This document shows, in pieces, positions 26,813 to 38,440 of a DNA stretch of 64,000 bases. The DNA comes from Vicugna vicugna (taxonomy: Eukaryota), in the NCBI GenBank assembly GCA_013265495.1, contig MU058844.1:8493260-8557259 (forward strand). Reading direction: 5' to 3'. Made by a program: the position numbers and the translations under genes. The first letter of the stretch is position 1. Every line of letters starts with the position of its first letter. The notes beneath the pieces are model-generated. The model had not been told where the DNA came from and did no database searches. It saw nothing but the letters and a program-made list of their open reading frames with translations.

Positions 26813-27479
26813 AGTATACCTGGAATTGTATTAGACTTGCAATATTTTCGTCTGGATTTGATCTGTTATTTAAAACTCCTCTCTCAGCCCTTGCTTTGTT
26901 TCTGTTTGCCCTGCATTCAAACTATTTTCCTGTCCCTAGCGCTCAGTACCCATTTTCTTCCGTCATGCTGTGTGGCTGTTATAAGAGTTCTCAGAGGACA
27001 TATAGACAGGGCATTAAAGTGGACTGGAATAAACAATGCTTTAGGAATTACAAAACTTACATTCTTTTACCTTATTATCCAGCTATGAACATGTGGAAAT
27101 TTATAATTTTGAGACTCAGTTTCTTCATATGAAAATGCATACATTAGACTCTACCTACCTCAATTAAAATGTATAAAGAGGAAAGTACTATATTATAGAA
27201 ATGTAAGTTATTGCTATCTATTCATTTATATACAACCAGTCATCTATCTGTCATCTTTATATACATTGCTTAGGTGTGTTTTCCCAAGGTATAGCGGGCA
27301 TTGTTTTAACTAGTTCAGTTACACCAATGAATATGCAAATTCATAAACCTTGATAATGACATGTAACAAATGAGTCATGATTCCTTTTAAATAACTGCTT
27401 CTAAACCTTTGTTTCCTCAGTATTTCTTAAATTGTGTTTCAACGCAGTGATGAAGCCAAATGATAATACTAGTTACATA

Positions 27480-28212
27480 CTTCAAAACAGTATGGATTGC
27501 ATCCAGGTAGTGATTGAACTATGCTGTCCATTGGATGCCAGTGGCAGCACTAAGCTACACCCACGTAGCCATGTTTCTGGTGGCACTGAGGGAATCTCTC
27601 AAGCTCGTGCCCTGGTGTGAGACTTGGGAGGGAGAAGCAATCTTCTTGTCTTCTTTGAGTGTTATTCTGTGAGAAACAGTCATGAAGATGTGAGGTCTGT
27701 CTGCTGCTGCTTCTCAGGCTTCACTCTCCAACTTCCGGTATTGAGAGGTACATATACGGAAGCAACAATGGTGGCTTCTGAATCTCAGCATCCTGAAGCC
27801 CCTGCAGCTACACCATATGTTCTTGACATCAGTTGTTCATGTAGTGGACCCAGAGGTGATAATTCCCTAGTGGGTCAATTCTATCCTGTTCTTCATTTCT
27901 GGAGGCCCAGCTCAGAGCTTGCTCCTGTGGTCTTCTCAATGATTATGTAAGCCCCTAACCCTTATTTAATTTATTCTTATGTGAAATATCTCCAGCAGTG
28001 GTTCTTAAACTTTAGTGTGCCTCAGAGTGACCTGGTGGACTTGTTAAAACACAGATCACCTGGCTGCACTCCCAGAACTTCTGATTTATTAGGCATAGGG
28101 GTAGAATCCAAGAATATCAATGTATAAGAAGTTCTCCAATTGTCAAACCAGAGACCACACTTTGACATCTAGAGTATTTTCTGTTTCCTACTCAGATCCA
28201 TAATGAAATAGA
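27480..28212 (+). mobile_element. Old ERVL-class LTR (LTR41/LTR33-like) interrupted by MER5A
   Basis: tatgtaagcccct...; LTR end ttctgtttcct resumes after the MER5A. Confidence 0.45.
27995..28165. mobile_element. MER5A hAT MITE
   Basis: cagtggttcttaaactttagtgtgc...cttgttaaaacacagat...gaccacactttga. Confidence 0.85.
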
Positions 28213-30352
28213 CCTTGTCCCTGAGTGTATCAAATAATCCAGGCCAGTCACAACTGCTTCTCAAAAGTTCAATAACTGGGCTCATTAAGTGTTGCCTCCC
28301 AAATGGAGAATATTAATTGGAATTACAACAAAATGTATATTAAGCAGTGTTAGTACAGATTTGATCACTAGAATGGCTTCTGTTATGTGGAGCATGTAGT
28401 TTCATTTTTATGCCTTGGAATAAAGCCTACCTGGATGACGTTACACAGTAACATTATTTTATAATAACATACCCTTTTTTTCACCCCTGTCTGAATATAA
28501 GTTCAGCACAGGTAATACTTTTGTTATTATGGAGCTTTTCTATAATCCTGTTCTGAAAATAGAAACTTAAAAAGAACTACCATTTACATTTAATTATGAT
28601 CCTTTTATACTGCATACGTTAAGAGAATCTTCTTATTTTTAATTTTAGCTTAATCATCTATTTAACTTAGTTCAGCTCAATACTTTTTTCGTAAAAGATT
28701 TTGAGGCCTAAAGATATAAGCATTTAGAGAAAGAGCTGAAGCTAGACTCTAAATCTTTAATACTTAGTCCAGTTTTCTTTTCACTACTATCAACTCTGTG
28801 GAGTGTGGGCTTCATTGTTATCAATTTTATATGTGTTCAAATCACAGAACAATGGAGACTTTCACCCATATTTTAAACAAAAATTTAAAAAATATATTAG
28901 TATGAATTACTTGCCAAACCCATGCTAATATTTAGCTATTAACCAGAGATCACTAGCTGCTATCAAGTTTCAAGTTGTTATCTGAATGCTGTTTAAAATA
29001 TCATTTTATGCTATTTTGAATTCTTCTTTAATTCTTAGAAATAATATATTTGGATGTTTTCCAATATCTCCCTATGAATAAGTTCCCTCACTCTATAATC
29101 ATGTTATTTAATCAAAAATTTACTTCCTGCCAGAGTGGCTTGTTAAGGATTTGCTAATTCTGACTTTCTTCTCTGAAATTTAATTGAACTCAGCAGTCAA
29201 TAGCTCCTCTCCCCAGGTCTCAGATAACAAAATACATTTTGTTTCTTTCTTTTTTTCCTCCAGATTTATCATTTCTCAAACTTTGAACATTTTTCTTTAA
29301 AAATTACCTTCTTTTTTTTTTTTTTAACAAAGAAGCAATTGAAAAAAATAAACAAATCATTATAATTTGATTATTCTTAAGGCTTTGCTGTTTTTCAATT
29401 TTGGGTCATTTTCAATCTCTTTTAATACGTTTTTGCATCTGTTTAAATATATATCAGCCTAGAATTTTCTAATGCAGTCCAGTGTCTTGGGCAACTCAAA
29501 GACATTTGGTTTGTTCTCATCTCTGTTGTCAGTTCTGTCCATGGAAAGTATCCTTCCAAAGTGATGTAGGCTACTTCATATGTTGCAGTAAAACAGTGAA
29601 AGTCTCTCATGGAGTTGTGAAATGCTTTAAAAACTTAAGTTGCATGTTTAAGATCTAATCTCATTTAATGAAGTTTGAAGAGCTAAAAACACATCTCTGC
29701 AAAATAACTTCTGATTTAGGTTTGATTAGGTGATTGATGATTGTCAAAGCTGGGTGATGGTACAAAGGGTTTACTATACCAATATCTCTACATTTACATG
29801 ATTGTAATTTTCTGAAATAAAAAGCTTTTGAAAACAAGATGAACAAGATGTGAAATGATACTTATAAGGATTGTGTGGTAATAGTGCCTAGAGAGGTGTT
29901 CAGTGTGTAACACAGATAAATATTTAAGATAAAAGTGAAAAACAAAACAAATACATTGCTATTGGTATTTATTATGTGCAGCTAGACCACAAGAAAATGG
30001 GTTAAAAAAGAAATTTATATGTTAGAGTAGGGATAAATTATTTCTTTCGGTGTTGTCTTTATTTTATACTATTGTTTACATCACAAAAGCAGATGTTAAG
30101 TGGACTTAATTTTTTTGTTATGTAAATCTCTTTTTCATAAAATTCAGTGAAATAAAATCCAAGCAATTAAATTTAGTTCTCATTCTTATTTCCAAGCAAC
30201 AATTAGTAATGAAGGTCATGTTCTTGCATTTAAAAATGATTACAGAGTTTTGTAGGACAAATGAGAGCAAACATTGCAAAGTCTGAAAAAATGATGCTAT
30301 AACTTATGATGAAGAAGTAATTTTAACTTTTTGAGTTTAAGATCATGAACCT

Positions 30353-30393
30353 TGTAAAATGATTATAAATCAATAAAAAATGTTTAAAAAAAA
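30353..30393 (+). mobile_element. About 41-bp type B L1 tail inside a hAT MITE relic (about 30322-30498)
   Basis: tgtaaaatgattataaatcaataaaaaatgtttaaaa; 14-bp TSD aagatcatgaacct at 30339-30352 and 30394-30407. Confidence 0.9.
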
Positions 30394-30702
30394 AAGATCA
30401 TGAACCTCTCCCCCAGAAAAACTGGCATAAATGTAACTCAAATATCACAATATTAGAGTTTATGGAGCAAGCCCATAGGGCTCCAGGTTAAGATTACTTT
30501 TCAAAAAGAATTTCCATTCTAGTCCTCTAAAACAGGTTACAGATCTATGACTATTAGAAACACCGAGTGTTAAAGGTAAAACTCACCGTGAAAAATCATG
30601 ACAAGAACGTATGTAGGCTTAATATCTTTAAAATTTAAAGAGAAAAAAATTATAAGATAAACACTCCACTAGGTAAGTGAGTGATGACTCTGACCTTGTA
30701 AT

Positions 30703-31111
30703 TTTTGGAGGAGGTCATGGAGAGGGTGTAACCATAGCTTGACCCACAAGCTGGATCCAGGTAACTGGAGGCACCCATGGCTCCCCCCATCCTTGGAATG
30801 TACATTCTCCCCACCACCCCGACAGTGGGAGCCAGTTTCAAGAATGCAGCCTTGAGAGCGGCGTGTTGTAGAGACCATGTGGACCTGTGCCTGACTGAAC
30901 TGCGTAAGTCCTCTGTATAAACTTTTAAGATTCTGGCAGGTGGAGTGAAGCTGAGATCTGCTTGTGGCACCCTATGTAAGTTTCCCTGCTTACTAAACCC
31001 ACCACCCACCAATCTGGAGTGGCTGCCTCTTTCTTCCATCTCTCCTTGTTCTTTCTGTACCAGAGACCCTTTAGGATCTCACCCGGGAAGCTCCTGAGGG
31101 GGTGAACCACA
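30703..31111 (+). mobile_element. ERVL-class solo LTR
   Basis: 5-bp TSD gtaat at 30698-30702 and 31112-31116; ends CA; TATA-like gtataaac. Confidence 0.85.
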
Positions 31112-31166
31112 GTAATAAGTAATTGAAAAAACAGTAAATTAAAGAAATGTGTTTATCCTTTGTACC

Positions 31167-31329
31167 AAGGCTGGTCTTAGGGTGAAGTAAGAAAGATGCC
31201 TAGGGAGCAAAATATACAGAAGTACTCCTTCTCTGGGTCACACAAATGCAGGGAATGCCCCTGAGAATGGAGCCTCCTTACATTTTACCCTATACACGCC
31301 TCACTTGTTTTGCTTTTGTCCCAGTCTTG
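31167..31329. mobile_element. MER91-like hAT MITE
   Basis: agggtgaagtaagaaagatgcctaggg...cctccttacatttt...gcctcacttg. Confidence 0.55.
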
Positions 31330-31362
31330 CTTTACATTCATCAAAGAAATTCAAATTACAGC

Positions 31363-31826
31363 TATGATTGGCCGTCTCCTGGATGGTTCCCTGGGACCCC
31401 CTGCTCCTGATGTTCATGCCTTTGTGTGTGGCATTCTGCGTGACCAACAGATTATGTCTGAATCGATGGTATGTGACAATGTGGCTTCTGCTTTGCTGTC
31501 TCTTCTGGGGGAAACTCACTCTGGAGATGCCAGCTGCCATTTGGTAAGGCTAACCAACCTGCTAGATGCAGAAATCCCAGTGATAGGAAGCTGACACCTT
31601 CTACTAACAGCTATGAAAATAAGCCATTTTGGAAGCAGATTTTTCAGCCCCAGCCGAGTCTTCAGGTGACTGCAGCCTCACTAAGACTTTAATTGCTACC
31701 TCATAAGAAACCCTGAGTCAGGACCATTCAGCCCAACTGCTCCAGAATTCCTGACTCACAGAAACTTTGAGATAATAAACACTTATTTATTGCTGCATTT
31801 GTCATGCAACAATAGGTAACTAACAC
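31363..31826 (+). mobile_element. MaLR LTR (MLT1F-like)
   Basis: gccagctgccat...ttggaagcagat...gactgcagcc...aattcctgactcacagaaac...gagataataaa...taactaacaca. Confidence 0.85.
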
Positions 31827-31894
31827 AACAGCAGACTTGACACATTTTATTATTTCTACCTAAAGAAAAAGGAATTCTGCCTGGTAATACAGTC

Positions 31895-32130
31895 TTATCA
31901 TAGTGGTTAAGAATACAGACTCTGGAGCCAAACCAGGTTTGAATTCTAGATCAGTCACTGATTAGGTGTGCGGCCTTGAAAAAATTACTTCACCTATTTG
32001 TGTTTTAGTTCTTCATTCATAAAGAGGGAAAATAATAGCACCTATAATACAGGGTTGATGAAAGAATTAAGAAAGTGAATATATGTAAAGTGTCTATTAA
32101 GTAGTAAGTATTATAAAAGTGTTTGATATT
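31895..32130 (+). mobile_element. MIR SINE
   Basis: tagtggttaagaatacagactctggagcca...ttgaattct...ttacttcacct. Confidence 0.8.
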
Positions 32131-32676
32131 ATTATTTCCAACTATTTTTGCCCATGCTTATTTCTCACATAGATACATGTATTATTGTTAACAGTGAGTG
32201 AAGTGCATCTTTTTTATGTGCAAATATGTTTGACTAATGCTTTACACAGTAATGCCTGGTAATAAATGTGCATGGCTTCCAAAAAAGATGTTTTGTATCT
32301 CCAGAGGAAAAGAAATGAGATTTATCCCACCTTAGTTTTAGGTGGGGAAAACCAATTTCTGAATTACGTAGCCAGGAAAAAAAAACCCTATTACTCACAC
32401 TTTATTTGAGTATTTCTTTCTTGCCATATTAGTAGTGCTCCCAGCTTCAGTAGCTGGGGTTAAATTTTTGCGTGTCTCCTCTAATAAAAGACTTAGAGAG
32501 GTTTTATTGTCAAATGTTGCATGCCTACAACGTGCAGCTTGCGGTGCCCCATAAATGAATCTCTTGCATCGTATTTGCGTGTGTGTGCGCGTGTGTGTGT
32601 TTGACCTACATGCATTCTTCTCTCTTTAAAGGAATGTTCTTATTGCTCTGCAGACAACATCCAGCCTGAGCTGGAG

Positions 32677-32746
32677 GTTACCATGGTGATGTGGCCATAC
32701 AGGATGGCTTCAAGACTACATCTTGCTGAGTTGTTTCCAGGGAGAA
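32677..32746. promoter_or_regulatory. Two RFX X-box-like motifs
   Basis: GTTACCATGGTGAT at 32677-32690 and GTTTCCAGGGAGAA at 32733-32746 in unique sequence. Confidence 0.4.
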
Positions 32747-33536
32747 TTGAGGATTGTTGTCTTTTGCTGATAGGTTCTACTTAAACATGACCCTCCCTGC
32801 CATCTCTTTTCTAAGAATAATTAAAGAATTTTGTTGTTGGTGGATGCCCAGGCTGGCTGTTTTCAAAAGTGTAAAAGTAGGTAACATTCATCTTTACATT
32901 TTCCTTTTCTGTGACCTTTTCCCCAGTAACAGCATTCTTCTTTTTCTCTAGGCATTTGATGACCTTATATTACCTCAGGCCTTCCTAAAAAACAATAAAT
33001 GAACCTGATAAGCTTATCCACACTCTGATTTTTTTTTAAAAATCATATCACTTTTTTGATTTGCATTATGTAGACTCACCTCAAAAGTCATGACTGTAGA
33101 GATACTTATTTCAGAAGAAAAAAATACTTATTTTTGGAAACACACGTATGTGTTAGAAATCTCTGCAGTTAGAAATATGCAATTAGCTCTATATTTTAAA
33201 ATTACCAATATGAAATGCAGTTAGCTTTCAAATAATTCCCCAAATACATATACAAGGCAGAACAACCAAATGTGTCTATTTGCGCCCAAAACAGCAAAGG
33301 TTTTCTTCCCCCTCTGTCCAAACTCTTAATCCTCCTAAAACGACTTCAATTTTTGTTATTATTTTTCCTAAATTAGCTGAAATAGCTTTTTTTAGAGTTT
33401 CTCAAAATTTTGTTACCAGATTACATATTAAGTTGGGCATCAAAATCTTTTTTAAAAACGCAATTATGTTTCAACAACGAAGAAAACAAAAATAACAATT
33501 CTTGCCTATTATCCTGTGAAGTAAATGCATTTGAGC

Positions 33537-34037
33537 TGTGAACAGTAAATGCTGCAAACCATATCAGTAAACAAAGAATGCTGAAACCATCAAGTCATCA
33601 GCGGCTGTCCCCTGCCCCACCTCCGTGAAGACAAGCCTGCAGCCCAGCCTCTGCAGCCACTCACAATGGTGCACTCTGAGGGGAGTCAGAATAAGAAAGG
33701 ACAGGATACTGGCCCTAGATAGCTAGGTGCTTGTCAAAGGAATGAATTCAATGAGCCCAAATGTTTGCTTCCTCCCATACAAAGAAAAGCGCTAAATACT
33801 TTAACTTGAGATGCCTGGTTTTCTTTAGTTAACAAGTAATCTTTTAATGTTCCCACTACCTGGTCTTTGTTGGAAAGCTCCTGTATATCCTAGCTCCTCT
33901 CCTATCTCTTCAGAGCAGTCCCTCAGAGAGATCTGAGAGGCTGTCATCCCGGGCTCGAAGGGGTTCGAGTCCTCAGAAATGTCCGCCAAATAAAACTTAA
34001 CTCTCAACTTTTAGGCTGTACGTTTATTTCAGTCAAC
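33537..34037 (+). mobile_element. ERV1-class solo LTR (copy 1 of inverted pair)
   Basis: TGTGAA start, aataaa near 33990, end cagtcaac; TSD-like gagc/gagt. Confidence 0.9.
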
Positions 34038-34369
34038 GAGTCTTATACTATTTCTGTCATTCTTTAGCATTTAATATTTGCTGCCTGGTATTTAACTTTT
34101 TATGTGTACAGTTGTACTCCTCATCTAAATTAAAAATGTCTTGATACTAGAGATCATGCCCAATATTTTGTTGTTTATTCCCAGATAGCACTTGATTAGC
34201 AATTTAACAAACATTATTTTATTGACAGATTTCCTTAGAAGCAATTGCAGAATGTATGCAAAGTTTCAGGGAAAGTGATTACTTGTCTTTTATTTTTTTC
34301 CCCCAGAACTATTTTATACTAGCTATTCTTCAAGTTTTAGTGTATTTTTTCTGTCATAAAGAGAGATAA

Positions 34370-35235
34370 TATGTTTGTTTATGCATTTAACAAATTCTTA
34401 TTGAATACTAGGCTCTGTTCTTTGAGATGTGAATGAAGGTTAGATGTTCCCTACTTTATTATAGAGCTTACACTAACTAGTGGGAGGAAATAAACAGATT
34501 AGCAATTAGGAAAATAATGTCTAAGTCCAATGAATAAAAACAGGCTCATACCATAGAGACTGTGTCGCTACTTTAGAATCAGCCTCTCTGAGCAGATGAC
34601 AATCTGAAAATTTAGGAGTATATTGGATTTCAAAGTACAAAGAAGGCCAGTGTAGCTGAAGTGTAAAGGACCAGTGATTAAATAATGTCAAAGAGAAAGA
34701 AAAGAACCAGGCGATGGTGTGTTCTTTGTAAACCAGGGTAAAGGATTTGAATTTTCTTTTTAAGTAGAAGGGGACCCCACTGGAAAGTTTGGAAGGATGA
34801 AACAATATCTAATTTACAATTTAAAAAGTTGTAATTCTATGTTATGAAATGGAGAGGATTTGGACAGGGTGTAGTTGGGGTGGAATCAGGAAGCTAGATC
34901 AGGAGTTTTGATTTTTCCTGCTTAAATCTGAAATATTTGTTTGACATCCCTATAAAGATATCAGGTACAAAGTAGATGACTGGGGCTCCAGAGAGAAGTC
35001 AGTGTTGAAGATAGGGTTTTTAGAGCCATGGGGATTTAGATGGGATTTAAAGCCACTGGCTGTATGAGATGAACTAGAAATAGTAATTTATAAGAATATT
35101 GAGATGGTGATTTGAAACAGAGCCTTAAAGCACCGTAACACTTAGAGGTTCAATAGAGGAGAAGGGATCATAAAAGAGGCAGAGTCACCAGGGTGGGGAG
35201 AGGACAGAGGAAAGAATAAAGTAAGAGGTAAGAGG
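34370..35235 (-). mobile_element. L2 fragments
   Basis: catttaacaaattcttattga...gagcttaca...gaaggccagtgtagctg...aaggatttgaattt...tttaaagccact. Confidence 0.7.
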
Positions 35236-35242
35236 ACAGAAG

Positions 35243-35714
35243 TGTCGACTGAACTAAATGCGCAGCCTAAAAATTAAGAGTTATGTTTTATCTGGCAGGA
35301 GGAATCGAGCCGGATGACAGCCTCTCAGATCACTCTGAGGGACTGCTCTGAAGAGACAGGAGAGGAGCTAGGATATACAGGAGCTTTACAACAAAGACCA
35401 GGTAGTGGGAACATTAAAAGATTACTTGTTAGCTAAAGAAAACCAGGCACCTCAAGTTAAAGAATTTAGCGCTTTTCTGTGTATGGGAGGAAGCAAACAT
35501 TTGGGCTCACTGAATTCATTCCTTTGACAAGCACCTAGGGCCAGTATCCTGTCCTTTCTTATTCTGAGTCCCCTTAGAGGGCACCATTGTGAGTGGCTGC
35601 AGAGGCTGGGCTGCAGGCCTGTCTTCATGGAGGTGGGGCAGGGGACAGCCGCTGATGACTTGATGGTTTCAGCATTCTTTGTTTACTGATATGGTTGCAG
35701 TATTTTCATTCACA
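35243..35714 (-). mobile_element. ERV1-class solo LTR (copy 2 of inverted pair)
   Basis: TG...CA termini; 4-bp TSD gaag at 35239-35242 and 35715-35718; reverse complement of 33537-34037. Confidence 0.92.
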
Positions 35715-35840
35715 GAAGAGTAAAGAAAATATGGTAAGAGGACAGAAGCATAGGTACGATAAGATCAGAAAAGTGCACACTGGATTTGGTGTCATGTAAG
35801 ACATGGGTAACTTTGATATAAATATCACTGGTGAGGGTGA

Positions 35841-36095
35841 GAAGGGATAAATTGGGATTTCGAAATTTGCAGATACTAACTACTATATGTAAAACAGATA
35901 AACAAGTTTATATTGTATAGCACAGGGAACTATATTCAATATCTTGTAGTAACTTATGGTGAAAGAAAATATGAAAACGAATATATGTGTATTCCTATAT
36001 GACTTAAGCATTGTGCTGTACACCAGAAATTGACACAACATTGTAAACTGATTATACTTCAATAAAATATATATATATGTGTATATAAAAACAAC
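35841..36095 (+). mobile_element. Type A L1 3' UTR
   Basis: tatagcacagggaactatattcaatatcttgtag...gacacaacattgtaaactgattatacttcaataaa. Confidence 0.9.
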
Positions 36096-36214
36096 AACAT
36101 AGGTAGAATGGTGGAGACAAAGGCTGGCTAGGGTGAGTTTACCTATGAAAACCATGAAAAGAATTATCAAATTATAACATGTGTCTCATAATATATATAG
36201 TGCGTGGTAACAAC

Positions 36215-36420
36215 AATAATAGAATGAAAACACCTACCACTTAATGGGTGTTGGCTTTATGTATGGCATTTGATAAGCACTTTTCATACATTATTTCACT
36301 AAATGCTTTTAACAACACTTTGAAAACTGTATTATTAGCTTCATTTTAGAGACAGGGAATTTGAGACAGAACATTTAAGTGACTTGCTAAGATCATGTTG
36401 CTTTATTGCAAGCAAAAGAT
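36215..36420 (-). mobile_element. MIR SINE
   Basis: ataagcactttt...cattttagagacagggaatttgagacaga...taagtgacttgctaagatca. Confidence 0.7.
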
Positions 36421-36619
36421 TAGTAGCATCAGCCTTAACCTAAATAATTAAGCGGGCAAAATAATTATTATGTGTATTTATTTTCTATACATCTTTTCAG
36501 TCTGAAACAATGTTTAAGTGGTTGTCTCTACTTAATTTAACTTTGGCAGCAAAAAAAATACTAATAATAACGAATGTTAGCATAAGTGTGAGGAAATAGA
36601 CAGTTTTAAACACTGTAGG

Positions 36620-37224
36620 TGAGACAGGAAGGAGGCAGGGCACAGTCATTCAAAGAACACTACAGCAATTAACAAATGGTGAAAGATTCAACCCCCAGTA
36701 GGCCTCGAGGCTCAAATGATGAGAGATTTAACTTCTAGCAGAACTTAAGCTTCATTATACGCCCAATGTAATATATTAACATGCTGAATAACATGCCCAC
36801 AGGCGCCATGGCAGTCTCAAGGCTAACCACAAAAGGTCAAAGAGTGGGAAATGGCCAACTTCCTGGGAATCCCAGTGCCTTCCCCAGGCTATTTGGACTG
36901 GTCTTTCCACTTAGCATATGAAGCCACCAAGTCCATAAAAACCAGCAACTTGGTGCCTTGTGGCCGCTCCCTCTTCGGAGACATCCCACATTCTGTCTAT
37001 GGATTGTGTACCTACTTTTAATCTGAGCACCCAACCCCCACACTTCGTGGCCTTTCTCTTGCCTTTCAATGTATCTCTTTGAGTAAATCTACCTTCACTC
37101 AACTGTGGCTTGCTCTTGAATTCTTTCCTGTGTGAAGCCAAGGACCCACACCTGGCGGGGCATGTCCCAGGGGCTCGACCGCGACCTGGGACACGGCCCT
37201 CATGCCCCACATTCGTCTGCATCA
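36620..37224 (+). mobile_element. ERV1-class solo LTR (TGAGACAGGA family)
   Basis: TG...CA; TSD tagg/tggg; same family as 43898 and 63676. Confidence 0.9.
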
Positions 37225-37389
37225 TGGGTAGGAGTCATAAACATTTGTTATGGGGGAATTTTCAGGAGAATCTCTAAAATGTCAGTTGTGTAAATTTTTT
37301 TTCTTTTAATAGGATTGGAGAGAAACAATACTATAGACATTGTTTATAAGTGAAGTTTTCCAGTAGTTACCAAACTCTTCTCTAAGGTA

Positions 37390-37548
37390 GAGGTTCTCAC
37401 TCAGGCTACGCATGAGAAATTCCTGGGTAACTTTTAGAAAATATCCCCAACCAATCATATGAAAAATCTCTGGGAATGGGGCCTAGACATTGCTAATTAA
37501 AAAAACTGTTCCCCGTGGAACCTAATATATACCAGATGGAGATCCCTT
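37390..37548. mobile_element. MER5-like MITE
   Basis: aggttctca...ggctac...aatctctgggaatggggcctagacat. Confidence 0.55.
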
Positions 37549-38194
37549 TTGTAAGTTCTTAAGTGAAAAGAAATAGTATCTTCACTTTTCCTAATAGGGA
37601 GAGAAAATAACAAATCTAAAGTCCATTCTTGAGTCTCTTATCTTTCAGGAAAATCACCAACCTACCTTACTTAATGGAGAGAAAAGGATTTATCTCATAG
37701 CTAAGCTTGTTTAATGAGATTTTGCTTGAGCAGAAGCCTAAAGGGAATAAGACTGGGGATGCTGGCTAGATTTCCTCAGCAGCATCAGTCTCTGCCAGGA
37801 AAAATAATAATGGATCAGAGCATCTCTTCTCCTTTTTTCTAATTTGCCTTCTAATGTCTCTGGAGCTCAGGAAACTTCAGAGGAGTGGTCTCCCACCTTC
37901 ATTCAGAAATCTGAAATCAGAGTGGTCATGTTCAAACTTAGGTACATTATGCTTAATTTGGGCTAAAGGACAGGTAGAAGACATTTGATTTAGCTTTGTT
38001 TTTCTATGACTTGAAATCTTTTTCATTGCTCTGTAAGAATCACAGTATGATCCATCCAGGAGAGGGAGGCTGATTGAATCATGGCAGACTCCAAAACAAT
38101 ATTTTTACAGCTTGTTTGTAGACAGTTTGGCGATATTGATTTTAAAAACGTTGGTATCTTTTATGCCAGCATTTCCATATACTGGAGTGTATGG

Positions 38195-38440
38195 TATATG
38201 GTTTCCAAATATAGCTGTCTATACTTTCTCCCTTCTCTGTACACATATAGACTCCAAGAGATGGGGGTTATTTTCTCTCTCCTTGAATGTGGGTTGGACT
38301 GTGACTTACTTAGACCAACAGAATGCAATGGAAGTGACATCCTAGGATTTTCACCTTAAATCTTGAGAGATACTGCAGCTTCCATTTCCTGCTCTTATAT
38401 CACAGCAGACATGATGTAAAGAAGTTTAGGCTAGATCATC
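38195..38440 (+). mobile_element. MLT1 LTR fragment
   Basis: ccttgaatgtgggttggactgtgacttacttagaccaacagaatgcaatggaagtgac. Confidence 0.7.

Noticed and set aside
30650..31039. 129-aa minus-strand ORF similar to ORF 22651-22923
   Set aside because: The similarity arises from two copies of the same LTR family, not from a protein family
33537..35714. LTR pair as the ends of one provirus or as TIRs of a DNA transposon
   Set aside because: Opposite orientations, different flanks, and the spacer is old L2 sequence
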